A stretch of DNA of 64,000 nt, from assembly GCF_964204645.1 (NCBI RefSeq), contig NC_134034.1:5616914-5680913 (forward strand), given 5' to 3'. Below the pieces are notes generated by a model. It was not told where the DNA came from. It saw nothing but the letters and a program-made list of their open reading frames with translations, and did no database searches. The stretch comes from Tubulanus polymorphus (taxonomy: Eukaryota; Animalia; Nemertea). Of this stretch, positions 13,172-25,230 are shown piece after piece (position 1 is the stretch's first letter; each line of letters begins with the position of its first letter). Both the position numbers and the translations under genes were made by a program.

Positions 13172-13502
13172 AGTGAAATAAAAGATAAATCAAGTTTTGA
13201 AATTATAGTTGATTTTCATAATTTCTTTTACCCAAAGTTTCTCCCGTGATTTTCATGGACTTGGAACATAACAGTAGCCAGCACATAAAAGTCACGCAAA
13301 AAATCATTGGATTTTAGGATTAGAACCTAAACCTTATGGGTTAGCTGTCTTCTAAATGATAGGCCTTTGTGCACGGTTGACTTAAAAAATATCAACCAGG
13401 CACACCCTGACGACTTACGTGCATGTTTTATACATCAAAGTGTTCAGGAGAATCTTCTTTATAAGAGTAACAGCGTTTGCATCCCCTTGAAATGTTAATT
13501 AA

Positions 13503-13566
13503 TTTCGGGAATCGACCCTCATTTTCAAGGGTAAGCGGTCTCCTAACTGGCTGGCCATTGTGCTCG
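13503..13566 (-). ncRNA. Degenerate tRNA-like / Pol III promoter sequence
   Basis: Minus strand reads TGGCCAGCCAGTTAGG (A-box-like) ... GGGTCGATTCCC (B-box-like). Confidence 0.4.
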
Positions 13567-13619
13567 GTGGACTTCCCGAACGCCGACTGACGGTTTTTGT
13601 CAGACCGAGCTTAAGCTTT

Positions 13620-14729
13620 CGGTGTTGTCATATCGCGGAAAGATGGAATCGCGGAATTTTCCAAAAACGCGGAATTTCTTCATTTTTACTTTAAATAGTA
13701 AACGGGTTTCCCCACGGGGATACCCACTGTCGGACAGGGCACGGGACCGATCGATGCAACGAGATAGGTTCGAATCCCATTATTTGCAGGCAATTTTATA
13801 TGGAATTATTATATCACGATACCGTTGACTGGCTGCCACCTGTAGAAGTCAGAATCAAGTGGGGTGAAAGAGACCAGGCACCTAATGTCTATTTCTACTA
13901 GGCAAACTTCGGTCAACGAATATTATCAGATGAATATTGAGCACGTTCGCGGTGTCGGACCGTAGTTGTAGATGGTTGCAAACATGAAATCCTACGACCA
14001 AACAAGTACCGGTTCAAATTCCTTTGAAATTATAATAATTTTACGGCCGTCCAGTACCGGTAACAATAAGATTCTTTTGATCCAAATAATCAGCATAGGA
14101 ACATATATGTTATAGCAGTCACAAAGTAAACATTAAAAAACGAAACCATTTTATAATATTTCATTTCATTTAATTCTAAAAGATAAACCACATTCGCTTA
14201 TAACAACAATGTAGACACACAACACGCATGAACAATCCTAAGCCAGAATGAAATATACATAATGTCTATTTATTTTCGTCTGACATCGATCCCGTTCCAC
14301 AGTTGTGAGTTAACTCTGAGTTACTTAGTATCAATTCATTTCCAATGTTTTAAATCCAGAGACCAGAGTCAAATCTTAACTCGGAACTGAGTCCTGGAGA
14401 ATGACCCATGGTGTCATCACAAATCCCACGTTTACGTACCATCGATTTGTATTCCTTCAGATAATGCAGCGATACTCTGTATCACTGAATTCGCAAAGCA
14501 CGTATTGCCTAGGTTCTCCATTATTTGGAACAGTATCGTTAAGTTGTTGACTGGCGATATAATAAATTATCAAATACTAATTCCCGGTGTTGAAAACCTG
14601 GGTCCGGTGCCCTGTCCGACAGTGGGTATCCCCGTGGGAAAACCCGTTTACTATTTATAGTAAAAATGAAGAAATTCCGCGTTTTTGGAAAATTCCGCGA
14701 TTCCGTCTTTCCGCGATATGACAACACCG
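13620..14729. mobile_element. Non-autonomous Mutator-like element with ~128-bp TIRs
   Basis: Near-identical long TIRs (13620-~13748 and ~14602-14729); perfect 9-bp TSD ttaagcttt at 13611-13619 and 14730-14738. Confidence 0.92.
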
Positions 14730-15772
14730 TTAAGCTTTGGGGGTCTCGACGACCGAATCGATCTCGTATCCCTACAGTCCGTATCCCCGGCATAAGGGAA
14801 AACTAATTTTGTGATGTTTGTCGACTTAGAAATTGGTTTAAAGACCTCCCGAAAAGTGACTGGGGCGTTATGGAGGATTATTATGTTTACAAAGCTTCGT
14901 AATTTATGTAATCGCATATAAAATAGGTTTGCAGTGACTAACAGTTCATTTCATTTAGTCCGATGTACTTTTTAGCCAATTTGGATTTGATTGTAATTGA
15001 AACTCTGGGACTGTTATCGAGAGACAAGTAAGACAAGTGGAAAGAACACAAGTTATGCTTAATTCTCATATTAAAAATTTAATTCAAATTTATTTTATTA
15101 CATCATATTTGAAAAGCATATTGGTTCATATAGTAATTGAAATTAGGACAGAACAAATATTATTGTTGAATTTTCAAAAAGGTAATGAAGATCTATAACG
15201 AAATGAACATTATTTTTCTAATAACTAAGAGTGGATATCCCGTTTATTTGGAAACACACGTTACTAGTCGAATAGGTTAGATATTTACTCACATGTAGCA
15301 CGCATAAATAGTTTATCAGTATAGAATTTGTAATCCATAAAACCCTAAATCAACATCGGCCCGAAACCCAGACCATATCAAATCATAATTTATTGATTGA
15401 ATCTACTACAATATATGTATTTATTCAAATATTTCAATAAAAAGATTAACTCCTTAAATCTATTCCAAATCATAATACGTTCTTATCTGTAAATTTACTC
15501 AACCTATAGACTCAGCGGATTCTTAAGATGAGTTCTTTAGAACAGATCCATTTTTAAAGCGTGTTCAGTAATCATAAAATTTTAATGCCAAAATGAATGC
15601 CTGGTCGAATAAATCAATATTTCAGGGGTGGATCCAGCCCTAAGTCTAGACAGTCTTTTTGATTTGAAGGGGCACTTCATTGAAGTTGCAAAATTCTTAG
15701 CCTATATTCTTACCAGCAAGGCGCGTAGCGGTTTTGCAACGGGCTTTTTGCGCGTTGCCAATTTCACAAAAA

Positions 15773-16238
15773 CTGAAAATTCAAACGATTGAATTTATGT
15801 GTTAATACCAGTTTATTTTACGTCTTAATCAGTTGGATAGCAGGCACAGAATGTATGATAATAAGTTAACAGTATACACAGAATAGAATTAAATATCATT
15901 ACTTGGTTAATCAAACTACATCAGATCGTAACTGAGATTGTCCTAAAATTACTTTTCTTTAACTACATACTTTATACAAAGGCCTATTTCTACAAACAAA
16001 TAATCATTAGCTGTCATTTTAGGTTAAATACCTAATCTATAAAAACTCTCAGTACCAAATGTACGTGTTACATAAAGGTCTGATTTCTCAGCTAAGCCTA
16101 GGTACACATTTATGCCAAAACATATGTAAAGATTTAACTATGAAAAATTGAGGTAACTCACCTGAAAATTCAAACGATTGAATTTATGTGTTAATACCAG
16201 TATATTTTACGTCTTAATCAGTTGGATAGCAGGCACAG
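15773..16238 (+). repeat. ~77-bp direct repeat pair (about 15773-15850 and 16162-16238)
   Basis: ctgaaaattcaaacgattgaatttatgtgttaataccag...ggatagcaggcacaga occurs twice. Confidence 0.8.
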
Positions 16239-16680
16239 AGTGATCAAATCTGTGCTGCCAAAAACCAAGTTGATTAAGACACTCCCATCAAGAAATTAGT
16301 GACCAAAACTTCTAGCGATTGGTTCATCCAAATCTTAATGACATATTAAGACACTAATTACCTGATGAGAGCTAAACTAGTTGCGAGGGCAGGTGAGTTG
16401 AGTGTTGTTTATATTGTTATTACATCACTTATTCAAAAATAGTGCCAGTTCGCTGGGCAGACAAAATACTCAATAAACAAGACAGCCTACTTGAGCTGCC
16501 AAAACGGTATCCGGGTAAAAGTGACAAAGACTAAGGGTTAGATCCATTAATGGACATAGGAAAAATCTACAAATATGTTTTCTTAGCTACAAATGACCTG
16601 GCAAAATATTGATTACAATATTTAAACATAAAAACACAATCCGCAGTTCCAGATAAAAATACTCCTTGCTAAACTAACAC

Positions 16681-18171
16681 AATAGGACAGAAAATAGCTT
16701 TGCTAAATTGGTGTTAGAACCGGCGGGCAAGTTTTACATTCAACTGCCCGTATAAGATCCTGGTACCGCGCTCTCACCAGCTAGTTTTCCCCATCATGAT
16801 GAATATTCTACCACCGGCAGTCGTAGTAACTCTTCAAGAGGCTGGATACCACCATGCACCTCAGAATTGGACTATTAATGCCGAGGAAGGATGTATTAAA
16901 GTTTCACTGGCATGGACAGTCCAGTCATCGAAGCCATCGAAAGCGGTGAAATCGAAGTCGACTCTGAATCGGGACCGTAGACGCATGCAGGAATTCCTGA
17001 ACCGAAGGATGCTGAAAACAGAAGTTCCGAAGTCGACGAAATCAGATAACGCTACCATGGACACAGCGGTCATGACTGTCAACGCGACTCATGAAATAGG
17101 ATCTCAGACAGTTGAGGACGTCATAACTTTCGCTGAAATAAAGAAATTGGAAGAAACCTCGCAGAAACTTTCAGGTGAACTTGTCGATTTGAAGGTCAAT
17201 TTAGAATCAAAAGAAAGAACTATTATTGGACAACAAAAAGAAATCTTTGGACTACAATCAAAATTGGATAAATTAAAAATGCGATATTATCCGTGTCATT
17301 GCGCTAAAGATCCGAAAAACACTCAAACATGCGAAGATACATTAACTGATATCGGGGCTCTTTACGAAGCAGACCAACCGAAAATCATGGCTGCAAAACG
17401 AACAGGAATATTATATGAGGTCCGGGTGCAAGATCCAATCTCGAGTCTCGAGAAAATATGCTGATTTCTTTGTGCACTGGGGACAATCATTATCATCAGT
17501 TTTCTATGACATTTTGAACAGATACGATTTGGATATAAAATCATTCACCTATCGCGAACCAAATTCCAAAAATAAATGCTTGGACATTGATCGAAATACT
17601 TCATTGTGCTCGTTACATGAATCAGGAATCATCAAACACTTATGGGATAAAAAGGGTAGAAATATAGTTTGGTTAGGAATGAGATTTAGATTAGCTTGTG
17701 AATGATCAATACTTTTAATGTATATATAAATATTGTTCTCAAATTGATAATTCTTCATTAAATTCATTTCATCTAATTTTCGGGGACGAAAACTTTCAGA
17801 ACGTAGTGGGGGAGGATTTAACAACACTAAATATCACTGATAATTGTTATTTCATCTATATTTCGTATTTCTTTATTGTTTTATGTCTCCATCTAATTAC
17901 TCATTGCCCTCTGAGACTGTTTGTCTGTGTCAGAATGTGTTAATCGTTGTTTTTCTCTCTGTCATGTCACTACTCGTCACCTTTGTTTTTGTATCATTTT
18001 CCATGTCTCAACCTGTCTGAATCAGTGTTATGTAAATAGCTATGTGTAAAAATAAAGTCAGTCCAGTTTTGGTATTCCAAACTGATAGTTCGCTCGTTAC
18101 TCTTTCGCTCTGTTCCGGATTTCCGACGTCGACCATTCTTCGAGAATAGGACAGAAAAAAGCTTTGCTAAA
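16681..18171 (+). mobile_element. Non-autonomous LTR-type element (5' LTR remnant, PBS-like site, ORF, PPT, 355-bp 3' LTR)
   Basis: 27-bp repeat 16681-16707 = 18145-18171 (one mismatch). TGGTGTTAGAA at 16709. ttcggggacgaa hairpin and PPT agtgggggagga (17805-17816). LTR 17817-18171 contains AATAAA. Confidence 0.7.
16796..17705 (+). CDS. Uncharacterised cargo protein (~300 aa once a 1-bp frameshift near 17455 is corrected)
   Basis: Intronless ORFs 16796-17464 and 17415-17705. N-terminal LP..W.I...V.L.W..KS.ST..RD.RR module, heptad coiled coil, and a globular C-terminus. Confidence 0.6.
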
Positions 18172-19291
18172 GCGTCTCGTCCGAGCGGCCGAACGGCCGC
18201 GAGCGGGGGAGCTCGGGCGGGGGGGGTGTCCCCCATCTACGGTAAAGATTTTTTGAAATTTGGTTTCGATTTGGACGGTGCGATTTCCGCGAACTTAAAG
18301 CCACAATTTCTCCCTGTGATGCTGCTTGAATATAACCATCACTTGAATAATCCGAAGAACATTTGATTTACAACACAGTCCATAATAATCTGTATGTTAG
18401 TTTTAAGATTGTATTTTTAGGTAACATGAAGTCCGATTTTTGCGCGATAGGCCCGGGAAAATCGGTCATTAAAAAAAAATTGCGGCGACTTTGAAAAGGG
18501 CACTCAGTTTTCTAGACCGTCTTTGAAAAGACGAAAAAGACGGTCTGGATCCGCCCCTGTATTTGTTGATTGTGCGTCCACATAAGTTCGGTCTCAAAGC
18601 TGAATCACATTTGACGTTTTACACAGTGGTTGCATATTAGGTTCGAATCTGTCAATGCGTTCTATGTATCGGTATTTACATTTTCTACAGTTCCCATCAC
18701 CATGAATGGCTTTGCAGAAAACCCGTTATCGCTGCTTTGCAGCTATATTTATTATTATTATTATTTATCTGTTCCATTTGGAAATAAAAAGATCATGATG
18801 CACAAGATGAATTTGACAATGAAACTAGTTTCAAATGTGCATATTTAAATCACGGCATTGCAAATCAATGCATGATATTTGTTGGATGACATGAGTGACC
18901 TAGGGTAAAATGTTAGCACAGCACAGAACCTATTCGATGTCTGTGAATGAAAGAACCAATATAGAGTTATTCTATCTAACAAACAAGCATGCTTGCAGTA
19001 TATAAGGTTACTGAACGAATAATAAGGAACCATGCGCCTTCAACAAGTCAGTTCTTCCTAAATCAACTTCAGCATCTCTGACTATTCTAACCAATGTGAA
19101 AACAAGACAATCACATGTTATAATAATAGGGATAATTTATTGATACATTGTAAATACAGTGCATTTTTTGCAGGGCTTGTACATCTAAATACTCTCAGGG
19201 GTTTCTACTACCACGTGCACACCAGTAAACCAGCAGGGATTATGACATCCTAATGAGCCCCAAAAATCTTGGTCGAATAGAAACTACAATG

Positions 19292-20200
19292 AATTAGGGA
19301 CCCAGGGACCCCAAACCTACTAGGGAGGTGGTTTGAAATCCTCAACAATCTGACGATTCAAATATTCAATGCTCCCTGATGAACATATACAGAAACCAAT
19401 GACCTTGAAAGTCGCCGTAATCGTAGAACATGTTAGGAGCTACAATGTTGAAATCGATTGCGGTTATAAAATATGCATTAGTATCAACCAATATGAAGAT
19501 ACATAGACATTGTATACCGATTAATCATTCAACTCCCGTGATGGCAAAAATGAATAATTGGGTGATCCTAATTCCATGAGGCGATGTATCCTCTGACAGC
19601 GCAAACAATCATCAAATATCAGGACTTTAAGTTAAAAACTGTTGATATTTTCCTCAAACCTCTTTCTACCTGCGAATGAGGACTGATGACATCAAGATGG
19701 TCGCCAATTGCGTTCAAATCGACTGATCATAAAACCCATCTGTTACAATAGAGATCTTGATCTTGCCAAAGTATACCCATCACGTATTTTGATGAAAAAT
19801 AACAAATCATTAGGAAGCTACAGGTCTCAGAATTTTGTGCTAAAATGACCCTTTTGGTACAAAAAACGTCACCGGAGAGCCATCTTGTGTCTGATCGACT
19901 CAAGATTTTCCATACTGTTAGGCTACATCAAGATAATTGATTGAAGGGTCTTCGAAATCTCCCTAGAAAATGATTTCAGAACAGTAATGGTTGCCAGTCC
20001 ACAAACTTGGATCAAACTGGACCAGTTTTGGGCTGTAGATGTGTCAAATATAGATACACGTATATACCTAATATAACGACAATCCATTTAGGTGTCTTCA
20101 AATCTACCTATAATAACTTGATTCCATCAATAGTCAGAACAAATGTATGGACAGATAAAATGCAAATGCAATAGCCCGCTACACTCCAAGTGGGCTAAAA
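19292..20200 (+). mobile_element. Helentron/HINE-like non-autonomous repeat, family A (diverged copy)
   Basis: Homologous to 21169-22272; ends in the tagccc...gggcta hairpin. Confidence 0.7.
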
Positions 20201-20642
20201 GCTACCGACGTGTCCGACGATTGCACAATTCTCAACCTTACCAAATATAACTGGTTGCATAAACTCTGGTAAAAACTAGGAGAAATGTAATTTTCCCTAA
20301 CCACCTTGTCATGTTTGCGATTTAAAAAAGATCTGAGCTCGCTTGAGCAAGCTATTTTTGGACGATATGATGTATTGATCCGTAACTGCACACATGAAAA
20401 TAGTCAACAAATAAGTTGAATCTTTAGCTGGTAATCATCATCTAGAGCAGATAAATAGATAAATCCTGTTTCCACAACCATAGAAAAGTTATTCATTCCT
20501 CATTCTCCTTTTTGTCATTGAGATGTATTTAGTGGCAGGCCTAAAAAGCGATATTTGATGACAAAGCAGCAACAAAAGTGTATCAGCACACTGACATGAC
20601 AAAAATTTGCCAACTCCAATATTTTCAACTATCCATTTTCAT

Positions 20643-20736
20643 CTATTTTTGTTTGAAATTATCTTTTTCTCGCCGGACAGCAGCCATAACTGCTACAGGG
20701 TCTGATTCATTAGTGTGATCCTTCAAACCTTGCTCC
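20643..20736 (-). CDS. HAGH: Glyoxalase II last coding exon
   Basis: (Q)EQGLKDHTNESDPVAVMAAVRREKDNFKQK-stop, matching the conserved R.EKD.F C-terminus. Confidence 0.95.
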
Positions 20737-21168
20737 CTGCAAAAAAGAACGGAAAGTTAACAGATTCAAACTAGGATTGACTGCTGTAACATTCAAATTG
20801 AATGACCTGCAATATAGTATAGTATATTTATTTTTCATAACTCATACATACAATGTCACATTTGGACAGGTTTTAAGTGCACTATATGGTTATGAAGGAT
20901 CCAGTGCATATATCCTGAAAACGAGTCGGTGTTTGTGTACTTTTTTCGCTTATGCAAGCAAAAGCATCCGTTGAATATTTGAATGAATTCTCAAATTTCA
21001 TCAGGTTTCTATTTCTCGCTTCTTATTCTCAAGATAATTCAAGTAACAAAAAGTCACATTCATACATTTTAGTTGTTCATATCTGCCAGGTCATTTTATC
21101 TCCATGAGTGAGATTGAGGTACACAAAAATAGAGTAAGTGAGCACCTATGAATTTTGAAGCATTTATC

Positions 21169-22272
21169 AAAAACTAGGGGTCCAGGGACACAATGCCGAC
21201 TTGGAAAGTGGTTTTAAATGCTCAACAATCCAACAATTTCAATATTCAAGGCCCCTGGTGACTATATAAAAAAACCAATTACCTTGAAACTCACCACATT
21301 CATAGAACATGTCAGCAGCTACTATTTTGCAATTGGTTGTGATAACAATATATGCTTCGGTACCAACATAATATGGAAATACTAACTTATTCTACTATTC
21401 AACACCCCCTGTTGACCATTTGCAAACGCCAATGACTTTGAAACTCACCACGATCATAGAACATGTCATGAGCTACAATTTGTTATGGTAACAAAATATG
21501 CCTAGGTACCAATATAATAAGGAAATACTTAGTTATTCTACTATTCAATGCTCCCTGGTGACCATATAGAATAACTTATGAACTTGAAACTCACCACAAT
21601 TATAGACCATGTCATGCAACAACTTTGCAATTGATTGTGGTAGCAAAATATGCACAGGTATAATATCGAAATACTTTTTTCCACCTACGAATGAGTACTG
21701 TTGACGTCAAGATGGCTGCCAACTGCGTGATAATTGGCTGACGAAAATACATATTTTAAGTATTGAAGATCCCTTTCCAAAGAATAGCCACCACAAATTT
21801 CATTGAAAAATGGCAAACCAGTAGGAAGCTACAGGACCCAGAATTCAGGCCAGAATTGACATTTTTTTTACACAAAAAAGGTCACAGGATGGCTATTTTA
21901 AATCCGATCGACCCATTTTTTCTTATGCTGATTGGCCCTTGGGGGATACAAATACATATGAAAGATCAACATAATTGATCTAACCGTCTTCAAAATTTCC
22001 CTCAAAAACTTGAAATATGTGTAAAAGTGCTGATTTTGGCGAACAACATTGGCTCCCAGTTGGTCATCTTGAATCTGACAGGGCCAGTTTTTGGGCTGAA
22101 GATGTGTCTTGGGTAGATACATGGTTAACCCAAATATGAAGACATTACATTGAAGCGTCTTCAAAAGTTCCCAAAATAACTGGATTCCGTCTACAGACGA
22201 ATGGACAGATGTAGGACGGATGAAAAGTGAACGCAGTAGCCCGCTGGGACTAAAGTCGCAAGTGGGCTAAAA
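21169..22272 (+). mobile_element. Helentron/HINE-like repeat, family A, with ~150-bp internal tandem units
   Basis: Starts aaaactaggggtccagggacac; three ~150-bp units (ccccctggtgaccatat...ttgaaactcaccac); gacgg-like tract; terminal hairpin tagccc...gggcta; A-rich flanks. Confidence 0.8.
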
Positions 22273-22353
22273 ATTGAATGCTAAAAAATTAAGCAAGTAT
22301 ACTAGCTTGAATAGAATTTTACAAGTTTATGTAAAATTAAAAGGTGAACATAC

Positions 22354-22433
22354 TGTACTCTCATGAATGGGTTAAAGAGAAATTCCTGTTGAATCGTTGA
22401 AGGAATTGTGGGTAGATTTTTGTCTCTTTGCAT
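22354..22433 (-). CDS. HAGH: Glyoxalase II exon
   Basis: MQRDKNLPTIPSTIQQEFLFNPFMRV, containing the PST...E...NPFMR motif. Confidence 0.95.
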
Positions 22434-22712
22434 CTGAAAGTAAACCAATTATTCTCAGTTATTACATATGACACAGTATATACATAGGGTTTGTGATTAA
22501 AAATAAAATGTGAAGAACCCATTTTTGGTTCGCATGTTGATATCATTTCAATAGCTATCGTAGGGCCTACAGATATAAAAAAAGTTGGCCCCCCAGAATT
22601 TCATCTGGGTCTACCCTATATTATAGCAGTCTACAGATATTTCTACATAACCATGCACTTTTGCACAAGGCACTTATGATTCAGAGTATATACTATAGCA
22701 TACAAAACTCAC

Positions 22713-22814
22713 CTCAGCCCATTGTAATTTCTCAGTGATGTGTGCATTATGTGGTTCTACATATTTCGCAAATTTCAGATTTGAAACAGTGTATTCATGA
22801 CCACAGTAGATTCT
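22713..22814 (-). CDS. HAGH: Glyoxalase II exon
   Basis: [34 protein letters not shown], containing the CGHEYT motif. Confidence 0.96.
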
Positions 22815-23084
22815 CTGAAAAATGTTTAACTACTTTATCAAATTAGTTACTTAAGGCAAGAGTCCCTGCCATATTGGATGGATATCATGGCATGGATAGT
22901 GTCAAATTGAAAAATCATAATGCATATTTTACCAATCGAATCTATACTACCCACTCATCATATTTGAGCCATCAAAGCTGATTGTATATATACTATCAAG
23001 GCTAAATCTTAAATCTAAATACATGTACAAAAATTAATTGAACCCGAGGAAATGACTTTTGTAGACTTTTGTAGAAATACAACC

Positions 23085-24660
23085 AACTAGAATGAGGCAA
23101 AGACTCGCAATTCCCCCGGCCTGAAATTCACTGCCACATGTAAAGTTACAGGATTTGTGGTAAATGCATTAGAAAAATCGAGGCCACAAGTATCTCTATG
23201 AGAATGTGATAAGACAACATGTGTACAAAGTGTAAAAAATTTATCAACAGTTGTGGCCTGTGGGCTGTTTTCCACTGGTGGCTATAATTTGAATTGCATC
23301 GACTTAATCATTAATAGGGTTCTGCCCTACTCGTGTATGAAGTTTTAAGAAAATTGGTCAACAATTGTGGCCTCTAGATTGTTTATGTCGTTTATCATGT
23401 CGGCCCCCTGGTGGCCATAATGTGAACGGCATCAACCCGATTCCTTAAAAGGTTCTGTCCAAAGTGATACCCTAGTCATCGGTTGCCATTGTTGCCTCTA
23501 GACGTTAATGTTGTTTTCATGCCAGCCCCCTGGTCATAAATTGAAATGAATCAACCCGATTTTGAATGGGGTTCTGCCCAATGTGATACCCTAGTTGTGT
23601 ATCAAGTTTGGTGGCCAAAATTTGAATCAATTCGGCCCATTTTAAATAGGGTTCTGGCCCAGATTAAACCCTAGATATGTACTAAGTTTGAAAACAAGGC
23701 AATTTGATACTACGTATCGACGTCCCCCGCAATAGCCAGTAGGGAATGATCCTAGAACTCCAAAATCACTAAGGCATATCCTTACAGTGCAGTGCAGTGC
23801 AGTGCAGTGCAGTACAGTGCAGTGCAGTGCAGAGCAGTGCAGTGCAGTGCAGTGCAGTGCAGTGCACTGTAATTGTCCTGTTATGAATTTTTCTTCTTGA
23901 ATCGTGTATAAAAGGTTTCAAATGAATGACCTGAAGTGACCTTGACCTTTGATACTCAGACCCTGAAATCAAAAAGGCACATCCTCTCCCTAGGGGTAAT
24001 CATACAACGTATAAGCATGGTCCTCCTACCAACGGTAATTTTTGAATCATGTTTACCAGGTTTCACATGAATGACCTGTAGTGACCTTGACCTTTGATCA
24101 CCATAATCAACAGGGCACATTCTCTCCCTAGGGGCAATCATATTATGAAATAGTATTGTCCTGTTGTCAATGGTTCTTCTGGAATCGCGTTCACCAGCTT
24201 TCACATGAATGACCTGTAGTGACCTGGACCTTTGATCCTTGGACCCCAAAATCGATAGGGCACAACCTCTAGGTGTAATCATAATACGTAATATCAAAGT
24301 CCTGCAATCAACGGTTCTTCTTGAATCGCGTTCACAATATTTCTATCCTTTGATCCTTGGACCCTAAACACCAATGGGGCACATCCTCTCACTAGGGGTA
24401 ATCATAATACGTAATATCATAGTCCTGCGGTCAATGGTTCTACTTAAGGCTGTTAACATTGTTTTTCACGTCGGTCCGCTGGTTGCCATAATTTGAACCC
24501 AATTTTATATATCCAAGTGAAACCCTACTCGTGTACGAAGTTTGAAAACAATCGGTCAACAATTGTGGCCTCTATGCTGTAAACGTCACTTGCGGCGGCA
24601 TATTCAGACGCCGGTAAATCTATATCATAAAAAGGCTGCAAAGCAGCTGCACAGCCATGC
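23085..24660 (+). mobile_element. Nested HINE-like repeats (family B interrupted at ~23693-24450 by family C with a (CAGTG)n tract)
   Basis: Internal ~115-125-bp tandem units in both families; (cagtg)n at ~23785-23866; aactag/aacaag starts; terminal ggctg...cagcc hairpin. Confidence 0.6.
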
Positions 24661-25230
24661 TATGCTATTCAAAATGAAGAATATTGTCGAAAAGTTAAAT
24701 GGATTGGAACCTGACGTGACTATGTCAGCATATAACGTAATTCAGCTATGAAACAAAACTTACGCACCTATACTAAAAAGATATGAATTGATATGACCGG
24801 GCGTTTTTTTAGGCATTTAAACCTAAGGCGGTTTTTTTTATCATTAGTGCGATCACAGAACGGACCCAAATCTTTTTCAATAAAAAAGAAAATTTTATCT
24901 ATATTTTTTTCCAGCCTTTTTATTTTCTTTTAGACACCCTTTCTAAAGCAGAATTTGGGGAACTTTCTAACTAACTGACTTTAAAACGACCTTAAAGTCA
25001 GTCAACCAAATCGTAAACGACGTTTGTCTATTGAAGGTCCTAAAAATGGCCGTAAGGGTTCAAGCAAATGGGTTCAAGTATATTGGCAAAATCATTGGCG
25101 CCAAAATTCTGAAAGAGGAATTCAGCTTGAGATTCATATGAAAAGGTTATTTCAATCAAAGCAATGATACTATGACCGTCTTCTGATATCTGATTCCTTT
25201 TCATCTGAATGATATTCACATTGTATTTAC

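Larger units (their letters stand above)
15623..18559. mobile_element. Non-autonomous hAT-like element with 5-bp TSD (hAT5 type), carrying nested insertions
   Basis: TIR caggggtggatccag / ctggatccgcccctg (14 of 15 match); TSD tattt at 15618-15622 and 18560-18564. Confidence 0.85.

Noticed and set aside
13622-14917. ORFs 13622-13828, 14539-14793 and 14651-14917 with shared peptide sequence
   Set aside because: The similarity comes from the TIRs of the Mutator-like element, not from coding conservation.
16358-16408. Hammerhead-like CTGATGAG plus hairpin upstream of the LTR element
   Set aside because: The essential GAAA core is replaced by GAGG and stem III cannot be formed.
21244-21700. CRISPR-like array in the ~150-bp repeats (also the 15-bp units at 29247-29311)
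   Set aside because: Whole units repeat with no unique spacers, there are no cas genes, and the context is eukaryotic.
23769-24297. ORFs with HCTAL and RSRSLQVIH repeats
   Set aside because: These are translations of the (CAGTG)n microsatellite and HINE tandem units.
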